Shown in pieces: positions 25,523 to 35,889 of a stretch of 45,428 nt of DNA. The position numbers were made by a program, and so were the translations under genes. Under the pieces are notes generated by a model. The model was given only the letters and a program-made list of their open reading frames with translations. It searched no databases and was not told the origin of the DNA. The stretch comes from an uncultured Candidatus Saccharibacteria bacterium. GTDB taxonomy: Bacteria > Patescibacteriota > Minisyncoccia > 2-02-FULL-40-12 > GWA2-44-9. Every line of letters starts with the position of its first letter. Positions within the stretch are counted from its first letter, which is position 1. The stretch is taken from the NCBI GenBank assembly GCA_964429675.1, contig CAYSDF010000001.1, positions 1-45,428 on the forward strand, written 5' to 3'.

Positions 25523-25887
25523 GTACCGTAGACCAATTAGTCGAGATTTACCAAAAGCAAGAAGAATGGCACACGAATAAACTCTCTCCTGAAGATTCGA
25601 GAGAATATTTTATGGAGGTCATTGACAAGGGGGAAATTATTACTTGTCTTTCAAAAGAAAAAGAAGTATTGGGATATGTGGAATTCTATCAGATAGATAC
25701 GCACTCGGGGAAGATGGGAGTTGCTTTTAACGGATGGATACATCCTGATTATAGACGAGGGTTTGTTTTTAAAGAATTGTTTAAAGAGTTTATTAAAAGA
25801 AATTCCAACTGTCTATTTTTTGCGGAACACGCTTTGAGGAAGCAGACCAAACCAATCAAGGTATTTAAAAATAGGGAGGTGATTTAA
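25519..25887 (+). CDS. hypothetical protein (122 aa), weakly GNAT-like
   Basis: GYVEFYQ...GWIHPDYRRGFVFKELFKEFIK resembles acetyltransferase motif A. This resemblance is weak. Confidence 0.4.
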   Translation: MSTVDQLVEIYQKQEEWHTNKLSPEDSREYFMEVIDKGEIITCLSKEKEVLGYVEFYQIDTHSGKMGVAFNGWIHPDYRRGFVFKELFKEFIKRNSNCLFFAEHALRKQTKPIKVFKNREVI

Positions 25888-26490
25888 GTGGGTGGTGACC
25901 GTACAAAAAATAAAACTTCGCAACAGACACAGACTCAGTATACAGCGAGTCCGGAAGAGCGACAGCTGATAAACTTTCAGCTGCAACAGGCACAGGCTTT
26001 TGACCCGATGCAAAGACAGCTCAATCAAAATGCAGGAGATTTGGTGAATAATCTTCTGCAGGGAAGGTCTCTGCCCGGCTACTTAAACAATCTCCCCGGA
26101 GGTATCGATGAGAATACTATCAGCGGGATATCGAAGCAAGCAATAGCCGATATCACGCCTCAGTTTCAGAAATCAGGAATACTGGATAGCGGGGTAGCGG
26201 CGCAGATAGCGGGCAGAACGTCAGCGGATATCCGGAATCAGGCGGCCCAGTTTAACTTACAGAATCTTCAGCAGCTATTGAATCTGGCGGTGGGAGGACA
26301 GGCACAGGTGCAGCAGCCGATACTTAATACAACTGCACAGTTGGGTGGTTCTTTGGCTGGATTAAGGACAATGAGCCAAAGCGGCAGCGGCAGCCAGACT
26401 ACGGTAGGAATGAATCCATTTTTGAAATCATTCCAAACTACACTTGGACAAACTGCTGGAAGTTTTGGACAAATATGGAAGAAAGGTTAG
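25888..26490 (+). CDS. Gln-rich protein (200 aa), possible internal virion protein
   Basis: GTG start 6-7 nt after AGGGAGGTG. Gln/Asn/Gly-rich. Confidence 0.5.
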   Translation: MGGDRTKNKTSQQTQTQYTASPEERQLINFQLQQAQAFDPMQRQLNQNAGDLVNNLLQGRSLPGYLNNLPGGIDENTISGISKQAIADITPQFQKSGILDSGVAAQIAGRTSADIRNQAAQFNLQNLQQLLNLAVGGQAQVQQPILNTTAQLGGSLAGLRTMSQSGSGSQTTVGMNPFLKSFQTTLGQTAGSFGQIWKKG

Positions 26491-26499
26491 GAGTTAAAA

Positions 26500-27342
26500 A
26501 TGCCACAATTAATGAAGAAGGATTCCTCTCCTTCGCCTAGTCAAAATTCTCAACCTGCTCAGCAGACTGACCCAATACAGGTACTTACTCAATTAGTTAG
26601 CGGGTTAGCCCAGATACAAAAGACCACATTGAATCCTTATCAGGAGGGAGTAGCTAAAGGTTTGAAGAAAGCTGGAGAACAACATGCGATTGATGCTTTG
26701 CAACAGGAGGTTCCTTCTGACCATATTGTTCAACAGGCAGGATTGAATCAGGCGGATATATTAGGACAACAGGCCGCACAGATTTCCAAGCCCACAACGA
26801 ATCCGGCAATGGCTATTCTGAAGAATATCGTAGGTCTTGGCCCTGATTTTCAGCAGTCCCAGTTAAATACTATCGGGAAAGCTCAAACGATTGCCGGACA
26901 GCAACCGATACAACCTAACGAAGTCGCTGGGATTGAGCAGACAAAAGCTCAGACAAAAGTATTAAATCAATTAATGACTGGGGAAGCACCTATCCAGCCT
27001 AAAGATATCCTCGACCTTGACAGGCAGACTTATTCAGCGATGATACAGACTTCCAATGAAGCATGGCAGAGAAATAACGAAGAGATAGCTAAGATGCAGG
27101 AACAGTATAAGACGCTCCAAGAAGGACGTTCGCAGTTTGGGAAAATGTTTGGGAATCAAACAGGTGAGATGAAAAATCTTTCGACTCTCATTATTCAAAA
27201 AATGAAACAGAATCAGACTCATATTTTGAATATGCAGAATTTACTCAATAACCCTCCTAAGCCAGCCAATAATAACAGTCCTTTTAAGGTTGGCGAACAG
27301 TATAATGGTGAGACAATTAAAAAGGTCATAAAAATTAAATAA
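26500..27342 (+). CDS. Gln-rich protein (280 aa), possible internal virion protein
   Basis: GGAG RBS. Gln-rich and low-complexity. Confidence 0.5.
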   Translation: MPQLMKKDSSPSPSQNSQPAQQTDPIQVLTQLVSGLAQIQKTTLNPYQEGVAKGLKKAGEQHAIDALQQEVPSDHIVQQAGLNQADILGQQAAQISKPTTNPAMAILKNIVGLGPDFQQSQLNTIGKAQTIAGQQPIQPNEVAGIEQTKAQTKVLNQLMTGEAPIQPKDILDLDRQTYSAMIQTSNEAWQRNNEEIAKMQEQYKTLQEGRSQFGKMFGNQTGEMKNLSTLIIQKMKQNQTHILNMQNLLNNPPKPANNNSPFKVGEQYNGETIKKVIKIK

Positions 27343-29321
27343 TGGGCACTTATCAAATCACAACCGATAAGGGAACATATCAGGTAGAAACGGATAATCC
27401 TCAGAATAATTTTGAGCAGATTAATTCTCAGGATGTCAACAATACTTTAGATAAGATGTCTCCTGAAGGACAGAATCAACCCAAAGCTCCGGCACAAAGT
27501 TTTGGTGACCAAGTGATGAATAATATTGCTCAATTCGGAAAGAGTGCGTATGAGGTAACACCTTTTGCCAAAAGGATAGCCCAGCTTACCGGGTCTAAGG
27601 CCGATGAAATATATGCACAGGTTGGAAATCCTGACGGCATACTGCAGAACATCAGTTCTCTTGCTGGGGAAATGGCTCCACAGGTGGCGATGGCTGCTCC
27701 ATTTATGAAAGGTGCTAATATTTTAATGACTGGGATGCAGTCATTGATTAAAGGTGCTGCTCCTACAGCAGCCAGAGCTATTACTGGTGGGATTGTTGGT
27801 TCTCCGATGGTGAGGGGAGCGGTGGGTTTAGGAGCGTTTTCAGGAACAAAGGCAGCACTGACTGGAGATAATCCTGTAGATGCGACTATGCAAGGAGTCA
27901 CGCAAGGGCTTATTTATGGGGCCTTAGCCAAGATGGGTGCTACATTTATCCCGAAGAGAATTCCGTTTGCCGAGAGTTTAGGTTCTGCAGTAGGTGGAGG
28001 TATTGCCGGAGCTTTAACTGCACCAAATGAAGACAAAAGAAATGCGTCAGCTGTTTTTATGGGTGCTTTGGCAGCTTTGACTCCAGAAGAAAGATTTGAT
28101 TTTCATAAGACTTTAGCCAACAATGTGAATCCTGTTCAATGGGAGAGATATCTTAGGGAAGGACTTCAAATTCCTAAAGACGATACTAAGGTTATTTTAG
28201 ATAATGGAATGCAGGAAATTGAGCGGGTAGGCACTATGCAGATACCGGTCAATAATCAATATGGTGGGCAAGATATACTTACCCCGGTACAAATTGCTCA
28301 AAAATTCTATCAAGAAGGCATTTTAAATATCAGAAAGAATATCAGTGGACAATTTGATGAAGCGATAAAAAATAACGATAATCAGAAGCCAGCGGATATT
28401 GCCGAGTTTTTAACTGGGATTAAAAAGCAGGTGGATAATTACGGAGACCCTACGTCACCCGTTGTTTCAAGGTTTAATAAAACATTGAGTGCGCTGGAGG
28501 GTTTCCAGCCGACAACGACTCAAGAAGAATTAACCGGCACAAAGGAACAAGCTAATGTAACTCCTAATTTACGTAAAGTGAGCATCACTGATTTACCAAA
28601 AAATCTTCAGGAACAGGTAAGAAAGCAGCTGGGGGCAAAAGGAGATATCACAAATTTGAATCTTAACGCTCTTCATGAGTTAAAGATGAAGATGTTTGAT
28701 GCGGTTTCGGATAAAACTTGGCGAGACCCCGGGAACACAACCCCTGAAGAAAGATTTGCTAAATCAATAGGTAAGCAGATAAGTGAGTATATTGGGAAGA
28801 ATAATGATTTGTATAAACAGGCCACGGTTGAATATGCCAAAATGAGGAAAATTCAGGCGCATATCATGGATTTAAATACCTCTGATTTGGGAAAGAATTG
28901 GAACCATCTTCAACCGGCCCAAAGAGCAGATATGCTGAATACAATCAATGGCATAGGGTCTTATTTTAAACAGAAAGGAGTTGATGAATATAATCCTAAA
29001 GGTTTACTTGAAAAGTATCATGCCTATAATTCAATCTCTAATCCTGACCCAACTTCTTTCCGAAATAATGCTCCTTTAAAAATAGCTTTTGAACGGGCAG
29101 GGACTATTATGGGTGGCATTGTGGCATTGCCATTGGGAGGAGTCCATACAGCGGCGATTGGGAGTGCGGTTGGATATTTAACAGCGGTAAAGTACATGAG
29201 ACCGAGTAGTTATATTTCAATTCTCAAAATGATAAAACCTAATTTACAAACTCCTACCTCAATGTCCTCAGGAGAAGCCTTGACTACTTTGAAAAAAATC
29301 ATCTCCTCGAAAACTCCATAG
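27342..29321 (+). CDS. large protein with glycine-zipper membrane-like segments (659 aa); internal/ejection or tape-measure-like
   Basis: TAATG overlap with the upstream gene. Gly/Ala-rich hydrophobic blocks near aa 130-230 and 590-620. Last gene of the rightward unit. Confidence 0.45.
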   Translation: MGTYQITTDKGTYQVETDNPQNNFEQINSQDVNNTLDKMSPEGQNQPKAPAQSFGDQVMNNIAQFGKSAYEVTPFAKRIAQLTGSKADEIYAQVGNPDGILQNISSLAGEMAPQVAMAAPFMKGANILMTGMQSLIKGAAPTAARAITGGIVGSPMVRGAVGLGAFSGTKAALTGDNPVDATMQGVTQGLIYGALAKMGATFIPKRIPFAESLGSAVGGGIAGALTAPNEDKRNASAVFMGALAALTPEERFDFHKTLANNVNPVQWERYLREGLQIPKDDTKVILDNGMQEIERVGTMQIPVNNQYGGQDILTPVQIAQKFYQEGILNIRKNISGQFDEAIKNNDNQKPADIAEFLTGIKKQVDNYGDPTSPVVSRFNKTLSALEGFQPTTTQEELTGTKEQANVTPNLRKVSITDLPKNLQEQVRKQLGAKGDITNLNLNALHELKMKMFDAVSDKTWRDPGNTTPEERFAKSIGKQISEYIGKNNDLYKQATVEYAKMRKIQAHIMDLNTSDLGKNWNHLQPAQRADMLNTINGIGSYFKQKGVDEYNPKGLLEKYHAYNSISNPDPTSFRNNAPLKIAFERAGTIMGGIVALPLGGVHTAAIGSAVGYLTAVKYMRPSSYISILKMIKPNLQTPTSMSSGEALTTLKKIISSKTP

Positions 29322-29374
29322 CTAGAACAATTAAGGCAATTAAAGCTAATCCTTCCATCATTTTTTTAACCTCC

Positions 29375-30271
29375 TTATTCCCAAATACCTTTTTCACCTT
29401 GACTTTTAGTTAATAAATCCTTATCCTCAAACGGCTCAAATGTATCGTTCCTTTGTTTTACGACAAACTTCATGCGTGACAGGTTAATCGGGCCCTGAGC
29501 AAGGAGTGTCTGAATCTTTTTAGGGTCATAGGTTGTCCATGATTTCTCAAGGACGCCCCTATCGTAATTATACCCCTTTGCGAATGGTCGTTGCAAGAAC
29601 TCACTTTGGTTCCGGCTTTCTCCGATTAAAAATGATTTTCCAAGATGGTCAATGTCAATATAACAATCACCCCCTCCGAAGATTTCAACCGTCCCTCCAT
29701 CCGCATAGGCTCTCATCACGATATCATTCTCGTACTGCCCGCAGACGTATCTTCGGTCAATACCACCTAATTTATCCAGATACTCTCTGCTCATCATACC
29801 TAATGGAGCCATGAGAGGGGTGTCGGGCTGAAATCCAAAAAAACAGTGATGACTCATATTGAATAACTGTCCTTCAGGGAGATTGTACCCGCTTTCTTTG
29901 GTCTGAATAGAGAGAATGAGTTTTTCGTTATTCTTTGACTTCCAGTGAGTGTAGGCTTTATCCAAGACACCGTTAGGGAATTCGCAGTCGTCAGCAACCC
30001 AGACCACAACTGCTCCGGTGCAATGCCTACGGGCGATTTCGTAACACTGAGCCGGTTTTATGTTTTCGGTTATTATGTATTTCAAAGGTTGCCCATTTTT
30101 AAATTGAAATACTATAGGGCCAAGAACTTTTTCAAAAGCATTCCCCGCAAAGACCACCTCTATTTCGCTCACATTTGACTTGAGAGAGGCGAAGAACGAT
30201 TCCCATAGCTTTGGTCTGACTGCGGAGGCAAAGAGTGAAATTTGAGGCCTTCTAGGCGTTTCTGAGGTCAT
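29375..30271 (-). CDS. GT-A-like glycosyltransferase, type I copy a (298 aa)
   Basis: ISLFASAVRPKLW, IKPAQCYEIARRHCTG and VWVADDCEF (DxD-like). Paralogue of 33143..33967. Confidence 0.6.
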   Translation of the reverse strand: MTSETPRRPQISLFASAVRPKLWESFFASLKSNVSEIEVVFAGNAFEKVLGPIVFQFKNGQPLKYIITENIKPAQCYEIARRHCTGAVVVWVADDCEFPNGVLDKAYTHWKSKNNEKLILSIQTKESGYNLPEGQLFNMSHHCFFGFQPDTPLMAPLGMMSREYLDKLGGIDRRYVCGQYENDIVMRAYADGGTVEIFGGGDCYIDIDHLGKSFLIGESRNQSEFLQRPFAKGYNYDRGVLEKSWTTYDPKKIQTLLAQGPINLSRMKFVVKQRNDTFEPFEDKDLLTKSQGEKGIWE

Positions 30272-30473
30272 TTTTATCTCCTACTGTCACATCTTGGTTC
30301 ATACTGAGGTTTTTTGGCAAAACTGATTCTAAAACCATTTTATATGTATCAAATGCTACATTGTGAATAATAAATTGGCCATTTTCTTTATGTATAATAG
30401 GCCCGACTTTACTTCTTTCGATACCATCCCATACTTCGTTAATAATTTGTGAAATCTGTGAGGCTTTAAGCAT
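30252..30473 (-). CDS. hypothetical protein (73 aa)
   Basis: Start taken at MLKASQ, which minimises overlap with the upstream GT. Lies between two GT genes. Confidence 0.4.
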   Translation of the reverse strand: MLKASQISQIINEVWDGIERSKVGPIIHKENGQFIIHNVAFDTYKMVLESVLPKNLSMNQDVTVGDKNDLRNA

Positions 30474-31254
30474 TCTGGGGCTCCTTTCCGAAGCGTCTTT
30501 CCCAACGACTCGGACATTCTTTCCAGTTATTAAGATCAAGATTGATTCTCTGCTTGCTTTTTGCGTAGCTATATATCATCTTGAAAATATACGTATCATG
30601 GTAGGTCTGGGCATTATGTATTGGCCCGTGGTCTCCGGTCGTACCGGGCATATGCCCGCACTTAAACATCATTGATTCTTGAAGGATGAACTTGACTCCC
30701 ATGTTATAGAAGCGGATAGACAAGTCATTATAAGCCATTGGACAGACCTCGAAAGACTTGGCATCCCAACCCCCAGTTTCAATTAACAACTGACGTGGAA
30801 TCAATCCTTCCATTAGCATCAAACAATCACGTGGGATGAACTCGCATCTACTGCCTTCATGAGTGTAAATATAATAATACTGAATATCAGCCATTTGCGG
30901 GTTTTCGTGGAAGTTAATCCCTTCATAGTACTTACCCACAACAACGGTTTTATAATCTTTATCCTTTAGCAACTCTTTAGCTATATCAAGTGACTTTGGC
31001 AAAAAGATACCATCATCGGCAGCCCATGTTACGTAATCTCCGGTCGCATGAGTTAAAGCGATTTGCTGGGCCCGGACAGGACTTCCCCAGTCTTCGATAA
31101 ACTTGACGTTTTCCTTTCCTTCCAGACTACGGGGCGGTGGATAGGGGCCGCAGAAGATTATTTCCCATGTTCCGCTAAAAGATTCTGCCACTGAGTCATA
31201 AAGCTGTTTCCAGTTGCCCGGGCGAATCCCGGGGACTAAGACTGATAATTCCAC
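30466..31254 (-). CDS. GT-A-like glycosyltransferase, type II copy a (262 aa)
   Basis: GTG start after AGGAGGTG (TAGTG overlap). LSVLVPGIRPGNW, TWAADDG, C-terminal NWKECPSRWERRFG. Paralogue of 32391..33143. Confidence 0.6.
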   Translation of the reverse strand: MELSVLVPGIRPGNWKQLYDSVAESFSGTWEIIFCGPYPPPRSLEGKENVKFIEDWGSPVRAQQIALTHATGDYVTWAADDGIFLPKSLDIAKELLKDKDYKTVVVGKYYEGINFHENPQMADIQYYYIYTHEGSRCEFIPRDCLMLMEGLIPRQLLIETGGWDAKSFEVCPMAYNDLSIRFYNMGVKFILQESMMFKCGHMPGTTGDHGPIHNAQTYHDTYIFKMIYSYAKSKQRINLDLNNWKECPSRWERRFGKEPQNA

Positions 31255-32412
31255 TAATCACCTCCTATGATTTCAAAATGCGGTAAAGGGAAGACCAATT
31301 TACCTCCCTGTTTAAGAAACTTTTTTTCTCGTTTGATAATGTGTTCCTTGAAATGCCACGGAAGAACAAAGAAATAGTCTGGTTCCATGGAACGGGCTAT
31401 TTCTTCAGAGACGATAAGAATATTTGTCCCCGGAGTATAACAGCCCCACTTTTCTTTATTCACATCTGCGATAAGAGGCAGTTCTTTTCTGGTTAATCCG
31501 CAGTATTGCAGAAGTACATTGCCTTTTGTGGAAGCACCATAACCCAAAACTAGCAATTTATTTAAGCTGGCCTCTAGTGTAAAAAACCGCCAGATATCTT
31601 GCCGATGCTGTTTAATTTGTGTTTCAAATTTTTTGAAAGGTGACACGGAAACTTCCTCCATTGATTTCGTTATAGTTGATATCGATAATTTTCAGTTCAG
31701 CGGCTTCGGCAATGAATTCCATCTGCGGTATATCGTAGTAGCATTTATGTTCGTGACAGATGGTATCGTAGGAATTATTTTCCAACATTCTAGGAAGATA
31801 GCTTTGTTCGGTAACCCAGATACCGCCTTTTCCCAGCATATCTTGTATTCGATAAGCTAAGGTAAATGGGCTATCCACATCATAGAACATCGCAATCGAA
31901 GTGATAACTTTAACTTGTTTCGTAAGAATCCTGTCAAGATAGAGAGAAGGGAAAAAATCGTTGACGAAGATAATTTCTTCTCCATAAAAAGAACTGAATT
32001 TAGAGATTGGGTCAATACCTATCTTGGTGCAGGGAGTTTTGTAGGATTTTAAAAGTGTAGCATCGTTGCTGCCGATATCTAGAACGATATCATCTTTGTT
32101 TAGTTTCACCCGTTTCTTGATTTCTGCGACAATCCCTTCGATATGTTTGACCATAGAGGCATTGAGATTTGATTGGTATCCGTAATGGTCTCCCCAGAGA
32201 ATATCTGAGGTGACGCTATGTCTTAATTGAACCAACTCACACTTTTTACACTGAACCAATTCCAGCGGTGCTTTGAGTAATTTCTTATCCGGCTTCTTTG
32301 GGAAATATCCAGTGAGTGCCATTTCGCCTAAATTTAAAACAGGTTTAAGTTTTGAACTACAGCACAGACGACAACGAAAGATTTCTCGAATCAACCGAAT
32401 CTCCTTGCCCAT
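31254..32412 (-). pseudogene. NDP-hexose C-methyltransferase (TylC3-like), split into two ORFs (31624..32412 and 31254..31661) at an A6 run
   Basis: N-terminal part has FRCRLCCSSKL..LNLGEMALTGYF (zinc ribbon), DIGSNDATLL, IGIDP, ICHEH and NGGSFRV. C-terminal part has LGYGASTKGNVLL, DVN..K.G.Y.PG and PDYFFVLPWHF. The frames join if A6 (31629..31634) is read as A5. Confidence 0.75.
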
Positions 32413-33143
32413 TTTTCTGGCGATTTTTTCCAGTTATCGAGAGGGATTTTAATTCTGTCCTCGCAGCTTGGTTGGTTATAGATTTTTTTGTAAATCTCCA
32501 TATCCACAAAGAATCCATCGTGAATAGGTTTATGGTCGCCACTCTCTCCGGGCATCCACTCACACTTCAAAACAACTTCGTCGCTCAAGATAGTCTTTGC
32601 TCCCCAGAATTGAAGTCGTATTCCCAAATCCAGTTCTCCGACAGCGATGGTCTCAAACTGGCAGTCCCAGCCCCCGATATCGTTAAGCAATTTAGTGGGA
32701 TAAATTCCAAAATTAATCAGCTTGAAGTTATGCGGGATGTAGTGGGCGTGGGTCTGGTTATGATAGCGGAGATTGTAGAAATTAGGGTCGTTCATATTCT
32801 GAAAAGCCTGATGACTCTGGTTGATAGAAGAGTTCCATTCGATGAATTTTAAGTTGACGACGGTATCTTCTTTGGCGAGCGCCATCGCTCTATCCATAGC
32901 TCCGGGAAGATAGGTTGCATCATCAACGGCCCGGTGGATATACTCTCCTCTGGCCTCAATAAGCCCTAACTGCTGGCAGCGAATAGGTGTCCCGTAATCT
33001 TTAATGAGTTTCCCTACGTCCATAAACGCAATACTCGGAGAGATGGTGATTAATTCCATTTCACCGGTGTAGCTTTTTTTAAAAGAATCGTAAAAGTTCT
33101 TTAAGTATCCGGGGCGAATCGTTGGTAAGATAACTGAGAGCAT
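32391..33143 (-). CDS. GT-A-like glycosyltransferase, type II copy b (250 aa)
   Basis: MLSVILPTIRPGYL, RAVDDATY, C-terminal NWKKSPEKWARRFG. The ATG overlaps the upstream stop (TAATG); an alternative GTG lies at 33152. Confidence 0.6.
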   Translation of the reverse strand: MLSVILPTIRPGYLKNFYDSFKKSYTGEMELITISPSIAFMDVGKLIKDYGTPIRCQQLGLIEARGEYIHRAVDDATYLPGAMDRAMALAKEDTVVNLKFIEWNSSINQSHQAFQNMNDPNFYNLRYHNQTHAHYIPHNFKLINFGIYPTKLLNDIGGWDCQFETIAVGELDLGIRLQFWGAKTILSDEVVLKCEWMPGESGDHKPIHDGFFVDMEIYKKIYNQPSCEDRIKIPLDNWKKSPEKWARRFG

Positions 33144-33967
33144 TATTCCCACCTATCTCTAATTGACTGGCTTGTTTCGGTGATGTTCTCGTCCTCGAAC
33201 GGTTCGAACTTATCTCTTCTCTGGAGAGTGACTTCTCGGTTACTGATTGGGTAATAGACATTCAAAGTCCCTTGATGATTCAGAACGTATATCCCCCGCT
33301 CGAAGTCTTTATACCCTTCGATGACCCAAGAGTTTTCACAGATTTCACTGTCTTGATTGACCCCAGACCAGTCGTTGGTATATTCCCCGGATTTGTGGGT
33401 GTGGTCGATTTTTATTTCTACTTCTTCAAACTTGATGACTTTGCCTCCCGCTGCTAGAAGTCTCATACAGATATCGTACTCCCACTTTCCGTAAAGATAT
33501 CTTCTGTCAATCCCGTGCATTTTCTCAAGAGTAAATCGATTCATAAATCCGATTTGAGCCATCTGCGGAGTATTGAGGTTACGGGCAAAGAATCGATGGT
33601 CGTTTAAATCGTTATTCTTACACTGAGGGTCAAGGGTCTTTATGGCAAGGATAGTAGTATCGTTTTGTTTTGTGGCAAATTCGTATATTTTATCTAGAGC
33701 ATTTGGCGGAAACTCACAGTCATCGCTTATCCAACCGATAATATCCCCAGTACACTTTCTTCTGGCAATCTCATAACACTGAGCCGGTTTGATGTTCTTA
33801 GTCTGGATATATTTTAGCATTGGATACTTTTCGAGAATCTCCTGAATGACCACTGGTTCAATGTACCCAGAGAATACGACTTCATAGGGAATCGTATTTA
33901 ATTTAAGTGAATCGAGTAACCTTTCCCATAAGAACGGACGGACTGCACTGGCAAACAGACTTATCAT
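33143..33967 (-). CDS. GT-A-like glycosyltransferase, type I copy b (274 aa)
   Basis: MISLFASAVRPFLW, IKPAQCYEIARRKCTG and WISDDCEF. ATGA overlap with the SDR gene, with AAGGAG upstream. Confidence 0.6.
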   Translation of the reverse strand: MISLFASAVRPFLWERLLDSLKLNTIPYEVVFSGYIEPVVIQEILEKYPMLKYIQTKNIKPAQCYEIARRKCTGDIIGWISDDCEFPPNALDKIYEFATKQNDTTILAIKTLDPQCKNNDLNDHRFFARNLNTPQMAQIGFMNRFTLEKMHGIDRRYLYGKWEYDICMRLLAAGGKVIKFEEVEIKIDHTHKSGEYTNDWSGVNQDSEICENSWVIEGYKDFERGIYVLNHQGTLNVYYPISNREVTLQRRDKFEPFEDENITETSQSIRDRWE

Positions 33968-34917
33968 TTTAACTCCTTTCGGTAGGTATCTAAAAGCCAT
34001 TGAACGCTTTCTTCAATGGTATATTTAGGCTTCCATTCTGAAATGGTATCGAATTTCGTCGTATCGGGGACTTGGCGGGTGACATCGACCGGTCTTAAAA
34101 GAGTGGTATCTTGAGTGGAAATAATGGGGACTTTGGCAAATGATTTTATTAGTTCAAGGAATTCTCCGACTTCCATAATGGTTGCTCCCCCGATGTTGTA
34201 GTTTTCTCCGATGACACATCTTTCGCAAGCAACCCAGTAAGCCGCCATAGCATCACGAACATCGATGATGTTACGAATAGAATTAAGATTTCCGTGTTTG
34301 AGGACTCCCCCCTGTCTTTCGATTTGGACAATCTGCCAAGCGAACGCCGAAGCGAATAAATCACGGCGGCGAGGGTTAATATAAGCAAACATCCTTGTAG
34401 TAATAACACGTAGGCCCCAACTTTGATGATACGCATAAGCTAAACTCTCCTGTGCTAATTTACTCACGCTATAAGGGTTGACCGGCTTCAAAGGATGCTC
34501 TTCGGTTATTGGAAGAATCACCGGATTACCATAGACCTCTGAGGTGGAACACATCTGGACGAGGGTCTCCGGACAGACCATTCGAATAGCTTCGAGAAGA
34601 TTCGCTGTTCCGATGATGTTGTTGTTGATGACGGCTAAAGGTGTCTCAAAGCATTTCTTGACGTTAGCAAAAGAAGCCAAATGAAAGATTCTATCGGGTA
34701 CAATGATTTTCAAGGCCCGTATCACTGAAGATAAATCAAGTAAGTCCGCTTCTAAGATATGGACTTTATCTTTGACCGCCTCGATGTTCGCCAGCGTGCC
34801 CGCACTGTGCCACCGGTGAAGTCCCCAGACCTCGTAGTCGAGATGGTTCTCAAGAATGTATTCGGCCAAGTAACTTCCGCCTGACCCCGTGATTCCGGTG
34901 ATGAGACATTTTTTCAT
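33964..34917 (-). CDS. NAD(P)-dependent NDP-sugar 4,6-dehydratase/epimerase (extended SDR, GDP-mannose-4,6-dehydratase-like)
   Basis: LITGITGSGGSYLAEYILE (Rossmann GxxGxxG), STSEVYG and the YSVSK (YxxxK) catalytic motif. 317 aa. Confidence 0.8.
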   Translation of the reverse strand: MKKCLITGITGSGGSYLAEYILENHLDYEVWGLHRWHSAGTLANIEAVKDKVHILEADLLDLSSVIRALKIIVPDRIFHLASFANVKKCFETPLAVINNNIIGTANLLEAIRMVCPETLVQMCSTSEVYGNPVILPITEEHPLKPVNPYSVSKLAQESLAYAYHQSWGLRVITTRMFAYINPRRRDLFASAFAWQIVQIERQGGVLKHGNLNSIRNIIDVRDAMAAYWVACERCVIGENYNIGGATIMEVGEFLELIKSFAKVPIISTQDTTLLRPVDVTRQVPDTTKFDTISEWKPKYTIEESVQWLLDTYRKELK

Positions 34918-35282
34918 TATTTCTCCTTTGTTTCGTGATATTGTAAAAAAAATGGAGTGTAGGTCATTCGAGAAAATCCTAAATCATCAGTGGTGCCGTG
35001 CCACTGTACAAGGGCGGTAGGATTAAAGGAACGCTTTTTCTTCTTCTGGTACCATCTTCGGTCAGCGGCATTTTTTTTATCTTTATTCTCTTTACGCCAA
35101 TTTCGGTTATAGGCGAGCTTCTTTTTATATCTCCGTTCTTCCCGGATTTTCTGGTCTTCTTTGTGGCAGAGGATACAGTAACTAGCCATCATTGGAGTCC
35201 GGTTCCCTAGTCTGCGGAGTTTAAGTCTGGTATATTTAGGATATTCGGTTGTTCCGCACTTAGAGCAGGGACGACGAACCAT
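34917..35282 (-). CDS. basic zinc-ribbon protein (121 aa)
   Basis: CSKCG...CILCH followed by a Lys/Arg-rich tract. TAATG overlap with the SDR gene. Confidence 0.5.
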   Translation of the reverse strand: MVRRPCSKCGTTEYPKYTRLKLRRLGNRTPMMASYCILCHKEDQKIREERRYKKKLAYNRNWRKENKDKKNAADRRWYQKKKKRSFNPTALVQWHGTTDDLGFSRMTYTPFFLQYHETKEK

Positions 35283-35889
35283 ACTTTATCTTTCTTAAAT
35301 CTTTTTCAAATTGAAGGCCTATCCACATGGCAAAAGCTGAACCGTCTTTTTTAAATTGTTCTCTGGAATTTGTTTTTTGATACACAGCATCAGCGAGAGA
35401 GTTATCAGTTATCATTGTATCGTAGTTAGTGAATGGTTGTTTAATAAAATGTTTGTGTTCGATAATCACATTCTTGAAGTAATGCAATTTTCCCAAGTTA
35501 TCACCGATACACATCCAAACGTTATCCCCGTAAAGAAAGTCTACCGCCGGAAGCTGCAACCATCCTAAAGCTCTCGGTAAATCCCCATTAATTACGGAAA
35601 TTGTGCATAATCCTTTTTTTAGGAATCCATCGTTGGCATAGGCTATGCCGTCACTTTTAAGAGTTTCATCCCATCCTTTTGTATGGTAAATGAAATCATC
35701 ATTGGCGATGTGGTACCATCCGTAGTCCGGATTTTCCCGGAAGACCTTATTGATGATTTCCGTGGTCGTTCCGGGAGTGGTATCTACGATTAAATCCGAA
35801 CAAGTCTGGGTTTCTTCCCAGCTTTTCTTCATTTCTTCTAGACGTTTCGGGCGAATAGAAGGACAAATGGTTAAGACTCTATCTTTCAA
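35260..35889 (-). CDS. GT-A-like glycosyltransferase, type III (209 aa)
   Basis: LTICPSIRPKRL and HIANDDF share the N-terminal x-P-S-I-R-P and DD motifs with the other six GT-like ORFs. Confidence 0.5.
   Translation of the reverse strand: MKDRVLTICPSIRPKRLEEMKKSWEETQTCSDLIVDTTPGTTTEIINKVFRENPDYGWYHIANDDFIYHTKGWDETLKSDGIAYANDGFLKKGLCTISVINGDLPRALGWLQLPAVDFLYGDNVWMCIGDNLGKLHYFKNVIIEHKHFIKQPFTNYDTMITDNSLADAVYQKTNSREQFKKDGSAFAMWIGLQFEKDLRKIKYGSSSLL

Noticed and set aside
29299-29361. 20-codon hydrophobic mini-ORF (MMEGLALIALIVLAMEFSRR) with a strong AAGGAGG RBS after the last GT gene
   Set aside because: It is too short to support, and it overlaps the 3' end of the convergent 659-aa gene. It is noted only as a possibility.
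32352-32852. 166-aa plus-strand ORF within the glycan island
   Set aside because: It is antisense to GT-II' and to the methyltransferase N-terminus, both of which carry recognisable family motifs.
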